This document shows, piece after piece, positions 55,401-64,000 of a stretch of DNA of 64,000 nt. The position numbers were made by a program, and so were the translations under genes. The notes beneath the pieces are model-generated. The model had not been told where the DNA came from and did no database searches. It saw nothing but the letters and a program-made list of their open reading frames with translations. Position 1 is the stretch's first letter. Every line of letters begins with the position of its first letter. Origin of the DNA: Macrostomum lignano. Taxonomy: Eukaryota. The DNA lies in NCBI GenBank assembly GCA_002269645.1, contig NIVC01000102.1, positions 1-64,000 of the forward strand, read 5' to 3'.

Positions 55401-57353
55401 TTAATATGTGGATGAACAATATGGGATTACAATGTGTTGATTGCTGGATGAGCATGGAAGCAAAAAAGACTTACCAGATGGCTTTCCTGAAACAGTATTG
55501 CGAGAAACATCATAGTAGCCAATGTTCAGAACTTTAGATGAATAAGGATATGTGTACAAGGGTTCAGAAAAACGCAAATACTTGCCAGTAACAATTTCAT
55601 TATTTACAGATGTTATCAAAATAGGACGCCCATTAACTATTGCACAGTTATTTGGTGACTTATTTGAAAAAAACAATGCATCTTCAGGATTACAAGTAAC
55701 ATTTGTCCGTACATTTAAAAACTGATTCAAAACATGCTTTAAAGCAAACCGTGTAACTGATACCCTTCTTTTAACATGGCCTAAAAAATTCTCAAATTCA
55801 AAAGCAGAAAAATTGTTCAGGTTGCCATAAAGGCAAATAAACTCATAAAAGTGAAGTAAAATGTGTACATTATATGATACAGATGCCTCACCATACAGCT
55901 CTGGCATATCATGAACAAACAATTCAATGCAGCGATGAGCATTAGGCCAAAGATGTTTAGAAGCATTGGAACAGAATACATACAAAGAAAAATGAAAAAG
56001 CAGAAAATGATTATAATATTTTTCTGGCAAGTAGCGCTTAAAAGTAAAAGGTCCAAAATAAAGCAAAAACAAACAAAATTCAGTTGCTTTAAAATGAGCT
56101 AAATTACTATCAATGCGACGTGGTCGGCGCTGAAATTCTTTTGGGGTAAAACAAGCATACATTTCAATAGAATCAGAAAGTTGCTTAATCATGGTATTAG
56201 AAAGTTTGCAACGAGAACCAAAATTTGTAGAAAAAAGATAATGAAACAATTTACGACACACACCTAAGCAAGCAGCATGTTGATAATCAGGAGGGAAATT
56301 GCTATACAGACCAATATTTCCAACATCAAGCAAGGGGGTCTTAAAATCAGGTTTTTGGTTATTTTCAAGCATCTCCAAATAACAACCATCAGTTCGAGGG
56401 GGGCCAACAGTAGTAGTAAAGACAATACGGTTTGAAAAATATCTACCTTCTGCCCTACAAAATGGGCAACCAAAACGCGCATTATGGCTCAAAATTCCAC
56501 AAACATGTGCACGAGCAGGTGCATCACAAACAAAGTTTATGGAAGAAAATTTAAATATATAATTACCAACATGCAAGCCTTGATTTAAAACCTTAAGTTC
56601 TTCACAAAAGTCTGTTAGCAACACATTCAAAGAGGGTTTCCCTTCACCAACAAAAATACCAACTGGCAAAGGTCGAAAGCATCCTGATATTTTAATAAGT
56701 ATTGGCCAGGCAGAAAGTTGAGAAGACTTATAGAGGGGCAAGCCATCAATATTAACAATGCAATTTAAAAGAACAGCACCAGTAGCAGCTTCAACACAGC
56801 ATTCAGAAAAGTCAAGCAATTTATTTTCTAAACAAAATGCAAGATTTTTGGCAATAGACAGATAAAAGAATGATCCTATATCCATGGAAACAGATTGAAC
56901 CACTAGAGAAGAACATAGTCTTCGTAGAGTATGTAGAGATGGAACATTCGGAAGGCCTTTACGTTTAAAAAAATTGAGTAAAAAGCTCATTGCAGAATGG
57001 GATATATTAAAAAGGACAAAGAAATGCAATAGTTCCATTTCTGTGCTCAAACAAGGAATAGGGGAACTTGGCCTAGCTTCAAGTGATACTGGTTCAAAAT
57101 CAGCACAGTTTGGTTGTTCTTGAGCATCTTGAAATATTTCTCCTTCTGATTCTATATCACTTACTTCAGAAGCAAATTGTTGATCATAAACTTCGCAAGA
57201 TAAATCTAACTCAGTTGCTTGATCTTCAGGATTTTCATAAGAACCACTCTGTTGCTCAGATTGATTATTAGTTACATCTTCAGAATTGGCTACAGAAGGT
57301 AGATCCTCAAGAACTTTCTGGCAAACAACACGATCAAATGATCTTTTTGACAT
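55401..57353 (-). CDS. EnSpm/CMC-type DDE transposase (650 aa from the first ATG; upstream exons not excluded)
   Basis: Uninterrupted ORF with NIDGLPLYKSS..WPIL, GEGKP, FVCDAPARA, FGCPFC, DYQHAACLGV, FKATEF.LFLLY.GP, YNVH.LLH, FSAFEFENFLG. Candidate catalytic D, D and E are present. Confidence 0.9.
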   Translation of the reverse strand: MSKRSFDRVVCQKVLEDLPSVANSEDVTNNQSEQQSGSYENPEDQATELDLSCEVYDQQFASEVSDIESEGEIFQDAQEQPNCADFEPVSLEARPSSPIPCLSTEMELLHFFVLFNISHSAMSFLLNFFKRKGLPNVPSLHTLRRLCSSLVVQSVSMDIGSFFYLSIAKNLAFCLENKLLDFSECCVEAATGAVLLNCIVNIDGLPLYKSSQLSAWPILIKISGCFRPLPVGIFVGEGKPSLNVLLTDFCEELKVLNQGLHVGNYIFKFSSINFVCDAPARAHVCGILSHNARFGCPFCRAEGRYFSNRIVFTTTVGPPRTDGCYLEMLENNQKPDFKTPLLDVGNIGLYSNFPPDYQHAACLGVCRKLFHYLFSTNFGSRCKLSNTMIKQLSDSIEMYACFTPKEFQRRPRRIDSNLAHFKATEFCLFLLYFGPFTFKRYLPEKYYNHFLLFHFSLYVFCSNASKHLWPNAHRCIELFVHDMPELYGEASVSYNVHILLHFYEFICLYGNLNNFSAFEFENFLGHVKRRVSVTRFALKHVLNQFLNVRTNVTCNPEDALFFSNKSPNNCAIVNGRPILITSVNNEIVTGKYLRFSEPLYTYPYSSKVLNIGYYDVSRNTVSGKPSGKSFLLPCSSSNQHIVIPYCSSTY

Positions 57354-60300
57354 TAGGTAAAATGAACGAAAGTAAGAATAAAATAGAAAATAATATTTTT
57401 CTAGGAGTACCTTTGATTTAAATAGTGGATAGTGGATATTCAAAGATAGCAATACAGTAAAGTAATTAAAAGAACCAATTAATAATTATGAATCAGGGAA
57501 ATAGCTTTGAAAATATGAAAGTATAAAAAGATATAGACTTTAAAAATAGCTAACAATTTTTGTAGCAAAAAAGAATGGCTACAAAAATGACTAAAATATA
57601 AGGATTTATTTAATATAAAATAGCTTGTTATTAATTTGTGCTAATGATTACAACTAAGGATTTTAATGAAGGTCCTTGCTATGTTTTGCAAAGTAGTATA
57701 AATAAGAAACAAAAAAGTAAAATTGCACAAAAAAGTTTTTATAAATAAGTAACTTTGCAATGCAATGATTTAAAAAAGCAAATATAAACTAAATAGAAAA
57801 GAAGAAATTGTAGTCTTTAACAAATTTTGTATTATTATAAATCTGGGTATCTCCTTTAATATATAGATACCAATTCTTGGTCTTAGTCTCAGTCACAGTA
57901 AAAGGCTAGCAAGTTAATATATCTTTGATTCAAATTTGAGATTTAGTTACTCAAATAAAAAGACTTGGTAGCAGATAGCTGCAAAGATGGTTTGACAGGT
58001 ATTAGTTTATTTTAGTATTAATATTAGTTTATCCATTATTGATTAGTCTAACAAGTAACAAAATTTTTTAAGTTCAAAAACCTAAAATGAAGTATTAGGC
58101 TAGGTTTTCACTTTTTTAAATCTAATAAACAAAAAGCATATATCTTGAACTTTAGAAAATGGTTGGCATATGCCATGGATAATAGATAGTTTATATAGTT
58201 TTTTGAAGAAAGGGTAGGCCTATAATTTCAATATAGTTTTAGAAACTTTTTCTCCTTTTATGCCTTATTTAGATTGTCCTAATAAAATAGAAAAATTAGA
58301 CCTGACTCCTATAACATATTCTTTGGAGCTAAGAAAAAATATAATAAATATAGATTAATAGATTATCGATTTAATTTTTTAAGCAGGCTAAGAGAAATTC
58401 CACCCTGAGGCTTAATTGTACCCTGAATTAAGCATAAGGTACTAGTTTGCACTTGTCCCTAGCAAACAACCTAAGTTAATAGGCTACCTTTTTTACCACA
58501 ATAGGCCTCTAGCTAGTTGCTTTATATGAGATCTTGCATGAAAAAATAGGCCTTGACTTTCTAACTAGGCCTAGCTAGAAAAAAAGATTTTAAGTCAGAA
58601 AAAATGTTCTGCCCTGCAGGTGCTGTGCATATAATATACTGACAGTGACAAAAATCTGTTAAGACGCTGGCTGGTCTGGTCGGTTCTAGCCAGCTATATA
58701 GGCCTAGTGATACAATATAGGCCTATTTATACCTAGATTGCATGCAAGTGCTGCATGGTTCTGGTTCTGTCGACTATCACTAATGCACGAAAAATGACAA
58801 AAGCAAAATAAGCATAATGAATTTGTAAATGAATGTCGTAGTCAGTTAGAGACATCGAGCCATGCCATTTAATTTAAGGGTTTATTGAACCTGAAGTAAG
58901 TATAAGTATAGGCCTAATTAACTCATAAAAGTAAAGTAAAGACAGTGGGGTCGTACTATAAAGCTGTCGTAGCGAAGTTCGATCGTACGTCAGAACTTTT
59001 ACACTGCGGAGATAGGAGCTAAGAACGACCATATCTTACAATGGCTTTATAGAACGGGACCAGTGTGAAAAATAATTCTTTTGTTTACATAATTTAAATT
59101 GTTGAGTTTCTTTTGTAATAGTTAAACACATTTTGACAAATAAACTGTCCGCAACAGAGATTTTCTGAATAATCTAGAAACGTTTTAGTTGACAAAAAGT
59201 TTGTATTTCATTAACTTAAGCAACTTTTTGAGGTTGGCATCGTTTTATTGCCACCATCACAATTAATAGTAATTCCAAACTTAGAGAAAAAACTACTGGG
59301 GAAGTTTTTTCTACTAATTATGACACAATAAAATACTATGGATCACAGTAACAGCAGTTTTTAGTTACATCAATGGCCAACTAAATGCCACCTCGATGCC
59401 AACTCGTCTATTTTGCCACCTTAATGCCACCCCTATGCCAACCATGCTTGGATCATGTAAAAAAAGAAGTAAGTTGCACTAAAAACAATATTCCACCATT
59501 TTTAACTGTTTTTGCAAGCATCTGGTAAAAAATTATCTGTTACCCTTGGCCACCGCACCACCGGTGGCCCGCCAGTGGCCCAACGGTGGCTCACGCACTG
59601 GGTAGTAGGCCTATGATTAGGTAATTTTATCCAGGACATATATCCACTAAGTCTACATTTGAATTTGTATGCTAATGTATCAAAAATTCTTTTAAAAAGT
59701 AACAGTTTTATACATAGTAAGCATAAAAATATATTTATGGTCAAAAGGTTATAATAGTATGAGGAGACCTTTAAAAAGAATGTGATTGAGATTGAAAAAA
59801 TTATTTGCTTACTTTTCTGATTTTGGACTAGGGGGCCCATTACTCTCTGGATGGCTAGTTAACCAGTAGTCTCAAGTTGGATTGTGCCACTTATGAAGTT
59901 ATAGTTAGCTTTAGACTAGTGATTGACTATAATATAATTTTGTTGCCAGTACATATTAAGCTATTAATTTATTAACTTGTTTTATATTTTTAGACTATAA
60001 AACAAGAAAATCAAATTCAAGAGAAAAAATAATTTAATTTACAATTCTATATAAGATAGTTATTATAAGCTTATACTAAAAATTTTGAGGGTGGGTTATC
60101 TCATAGAGAGATAGGAGGATAATCACCTTGTAGGGACAAGAGATTAAGAGGGTGGTCACCTAGGGATAGCAACATCTACTGTCCCCCTGTGCCAGTGCCA
60201 CTGCTACCACTAAGTTGGCAAACTACTGTATCAATAATTGGCTATTTTTTAATATACACTTCTCAATACATATATAGTTCAATATGCCATATTGCTAGCC

Positions 60301-60714
60301 TGTCTGTTGCTAGGCCTATATAAATCTTAATTAGGCCTATGTATTATTTGAAGCAATATAAAAGGTAGGACACTATTAATTTTCTTAATAATTCTTTCTT
60401 GGTCATATTAGTATAAGACTTTTAGAGGTAATGTTTTTTTTGTAACAGGGGTATTCCCATACGATACAAAATCTCACCGCTGTCACCAAGTTGTAACAGG
60501 CCTTTTGGCTCTATAAAATTCTACCATTATGCCACCAAAGTTGTCACAGGGCTGATTCTTCCTTCTAAATAATATCTCACTAATTCTACTGCTGACACCA
60601 AAGTTGTCGTAGGTTTTCAATTTCCCTCTATTAAACTTATACTGCTGAAACTAAATCTTGCCTTAATGTTTCTAACTGTTTCTTATAATTTAATTTGAGT
60701 ATACTGGTAGCGTT

Positions 60715-60790
60715 TTATGTATTAGTCTGGTAGCATCTTATGTATTAGTCTGGTAGCGTCTTATGTATTAGTCTGGTAGCGTTCTTAGTA
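60715..60790. repeat. 23-bp repeat (TATTAGTCTGGTAGCGTCTTATG) x~3
   Basis: Visible. Confidence 0.8.
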
Positions 60791-61784
60791 TATGGCCTGA
60801 GTGGTCTTATTGGTATATGTACTTTCTCTCTCCAGTCTGGGCGTTACTGAGATTAGAGGGTCACGGCGATTACTCTTGGTACTTCTCTTTACATGAATCC
60901 TAAGTGCAACCTTCAACCTTCTTCACAATACTCTTAGAAATGAACAATGATCTGAGAAAGATTTATTGAACACGTTTTGAGCTTATAGCTAGCAAACGAA
61001 TTGTCTCTTCTTCCTCTCAGCCTTCTCCTATTTATACTATTTGAACGTGTGTATTTTTTAACAAACATCAAATATTGAGAATATATAGAATATTTTGTAG
61101 AATAAAACTAATTATTAGCGCAGATTCAAACTGTAATATTCCTAGAAACTATTAACCACTTCTACATTTTCTAACAATAAAAAGCTTGTCTTTAGTTTAA
61201 ATTATAATAACTATTTTAGCTTTTCAATTAAGGCTATGTATATTCTATTTAATAAACACATTTTAAAACTAGAAAATGTTTTCAAATTTTGCATATTAGG
61301 TTGTAGATCAGTCAAAATCCTAGACTTTTCCTAATCTCAATAATTTGGCTTATTTGACTTAGCTACAGAGGGCATTGTCTAGCAGATAAAATGTGAGTAA
61401 AGTCTCGATAGTTTAGAATATTAAAAATAAAAAAATTGTAAGCTAAATCCAAAACTTCAAGGTTTTAGCAGCAAGGAATTGACTTTCTTAGTAGGTACCT
61501 TGACTATAAACTAGATCATAAATAGCATTAGTTGTATTTACAAATTATAATTTATATAGTATAGTGGTCAATAGTTTGGTCAATTATTATTCTTATTAAC
61601 TTATTCCTTTATTTTTGCTGCTTGTTCAACATCTATTTAGACCATAAGGATAATTATTACTAAGGGCAATTTGAATAAAGCTCTTATAGTTTATTAATAT
61701 CCTTGAATTCAACAACACTGCAAATCACCATGCAGGAGTCTGGTAAGCAGAAATCTTTGTTTTAATTTTTAATGCTGAACATTA

Positions 61785-62465
61785 TCTCTACATATAAAAA
61801 TCAAAACTCTGTCTGTCTGTGTGTCTGTGTGTGGACAATTTTGATCGCTATGGACTCCCAAACCGCTCAACCAAATTACACCAAACTTTACACCCACCCT
61901 AAACTTACTACGGAGAATGTCTTAGGCTACCTTTTAATTTCCTAAATTTGAGTCTTCCTACCTAAAAGTACAAAAAACTGCTCAAAATGCGCGATTTTTT
62001 CACTTAATCCTCCATAGCGCCGCTCCACTTCTACCGATTCTCTTCAAATTTGACACAGACAATTTTCAACTATTTTGACACAATCGTGTAAAATTTCAAT
62101 TCTCAAAGTTAATCCTGAACGGCGCTGTGCACTTTTAAAGTTGGGCTGTTTTTTGTCAGCGAGACAGCCACCCCAACCTCCGCCCGCCTGCCTCTCTTTC
62201 CCGATCTGGGCGGCCCAGATGTGTAAAAGGGTTTCAAAATGGACTAACTTTCGGCTGCCATAAGTTTGCTCCACGTAAAGCGATTAACTTCAAACTTGAC
62301 ACAATTCTTCATTGACCCATTCTCTGTCTAAATGTAAAGTTTCAACTCTGTAACTCAACCGAAAAAGAAACTGTAAGCATGTGAAGTTTGTCTGCTTTTT
62401 CTGTTGTTTGCCGCTCATCCAACTCATTCCCCCAGAGCCAGACGAAGGGTCAGGCGATAGGACTG
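61785..62465 (+). mobile_element. Non-autonomous Helitron/Helentron-like element
   Basis: Starts A|TCTCTACATATAAAAATC, then a (TCTG/TGTG) microsatellite and AAACCGCTCAACCAAATT..CCAAACTT. It ends in a degenerate GCCAGACGAAG..GGC..ACTG. This layout matches known non-autonomous rolling-circle elements. Confidence 0.5.
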
Positions 62466-62999
62466 AATGTACATAGCAAATGTACAGTGTTTTGGAATAA
62501 CTTTATTTATAGCCTTCTCTGCACCCCGAGAGTGGAGAGGCTACGTTTAGCCATAACAGTTTAGTGAGAAATTCAACCACTGCCCTCCCCTCTGTATTGG
62601 CAAACTCTGCAGCAGTTTAACAGTGGATGGCAATTGGCAAATCGAGGCAATCCAGAATGGTTTGTAAAAGCGAAATATTTATGAAAAGGTGATGCGATGC
62701 AATGAAATACAACCCTACTAAATTAGGCACACCATGGAAATTTTAAGTTTCTCTTAAAAGTACTTTGAAATTTAAATGGCCTAAGAAATGCGTATTTCCT
62801 TGGTTGTTAGACTGATGCAGACTGCAGTGGAGCTGAAGATACACAAATTCCTTTCAGGGCTGCAAATTGGCAAGAAAGATGACGTGATCAAAGCATGAGA
62901 ATAACGATGAGAGTAGTACGTCCCACAAACTGGCTTTCGAAGCAGTGATCGGCAGACTTTTACTTCAAAAGCCAGATAAAGAATCCAGCTTATGTGCGG

Positions 63000-63691
63000 G
63001 CCAGATGAGAGTGGAAAGGAGAAGGAATAGACTATTAGAAGAGAGGAGAGGCGGGACGGGGATAAGAGAAAACATGGAAGATAAGAGAAGAGACAAGTGG
63101 TGAGGAGAGAGCAGAGAAGAAGGGAGGAAGAAGCGAGAGGAGGGGAGAAAGGAGGGAGAGGAAAGAGTAAAGGTGAGAAGAGGGGAGAGATGAGACAGAG
63201 GATCGATGAGAGGAGAGTAGAGAAGAGTGAGAAAAGAGTAGAGATGAGAGAGCAGAAAGAAGATGACAGAGGGTCAAGAGGAGAGGAGAGAGTAGAAAGG
63301 ATAGAGAAGAGAGAAGATAAGAGGGGGAGAGAAGAGTGAGAAGAGAAGAGATAGAGATAATAGAGATAAGAGAGGGATGTAAGAAGAGGGGAGAAAGGAG
63401 AGATGAGATTGTAGAGATGAGACAAATGAAAGGAGAGATGAGAGAGTAAAGATAAGAGATGAAAAAGGTGAGAGGAGAGTGCAGAGAGATGAGAGAAGAT
63501 ATTAAAGGAGAGAGAGTATAGAAGAGAGGAGTAAGGAAAGAGAGGAGTCAGAAGAGGTGAAAGAGAAGAGTACAGAGGAGATAAGTGAGAGAACGTATTA
63601 GAGAGTAAAGATGACAGATGAGAGAGCAGAGATGAGGGTGAACAGACGAGAGATGGGAGAGTAGAGAGTAGAAGAGGGATGGGAGAGGAGA

Positions 63692-63771
<80 letters not shown>

Positions 63772-64000
63772 CGCAGAGCAGAGAGAAATGAGAAGAGATA
63801 AGAGAGAAAAGATAAAAGAAGAGAAAGGAGAGATAAAAACGCAGACAAGAGAGAAGAGAGGTGAGGGAAGAGACGAGTGACGAGGGGAGAGAGAAGAGAT
63901 AAAACAAGAAAAGAGATGAGAGGAAAGAGAGAGAGGAAAGAGGTGAAAGAAGAGACGAGAGAAGAGGGGAGAGAGGAGAGAGAGAGGAAAGAGGAGAGAA
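63000..64000. repeat. GA-rich low-complexity tract including (GA)n
   Basis: Visible. Confidence 0.95.

Larger units (their letters stand above)
52039..59602 (-). mobile_element. Apparently full-length EnSpm/CMC-superfamily DNA transposon, 7564 bp
   Basis: TIR CCCAGTGCGCAAGCCACC vs CCCAGTGCGTGAGCCACC (16/18 identical). TA TSD at 52037-52038 and 59603-59604. GCCAC(T/C) subterminal repeats at both ends. Two internal genes. Confidence 0.88.

Noticed and set aside
55401-57452. 683-aa transposase starting at 57452
   Set aside because: The extension begins at a non-ATG codon in AT-rich low-complexity sequence. The first ATG is at 57353.
62781-63907. Leu/Ser-rich multi-TM-looking ORFs
   Set aside because: Translations of the GA/CT low-complexity tract.

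Overview
This is animal genomic DNA, not prokaryotic: it has spliceosomal GT-AG introns, a synapsin gene, EF-hand and C-type lectin genes, and dense minisatellites. The style is consistent with a flatworm such as Macrostomum, but that is inference only. Host genes I could rebuild by hand with phase-consistent exons: (1) a PAK-like protein with two CRIB/PBD-like repeats and no kinase domain (15665-17300, +); (2) a divergent 10-exon synapsin (24304-19614, -); (3) a 5-exon two-TM protein (29321-26154, -); (4) a C-type lectin + PAN/Apple-like gene with an in-frame TAA (38381-37635, -); (5) a tandem cluster of four calmodulin-like genes with 1, 1, 2 and 4 canonical EF-hands (39739-50036, +). Mobile DNA: a disrupted LOA/R1-like LINE (APE-RT-RNase H), RTE-like and other LINE fragments, a hAT-type MITE with an 8-bp TSD, a 2.16-kb solo-LTR-like element with a 4-bp TSD, a foldback MITE and Helitron-like ends. 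There is also an apparently complete 7.56-kb EnSpm/CMC DNA transposon with TIRs, TA TSD, an open transposase ORF and a spliced DUF4806-like second gene. About 25 distinct tandem arrays fill introns and intergenic space and account for almost all of the long low-complexity ORFs in the track. Coordinates were counted by hand, and family assignments come from remembered motifs, not database searches.
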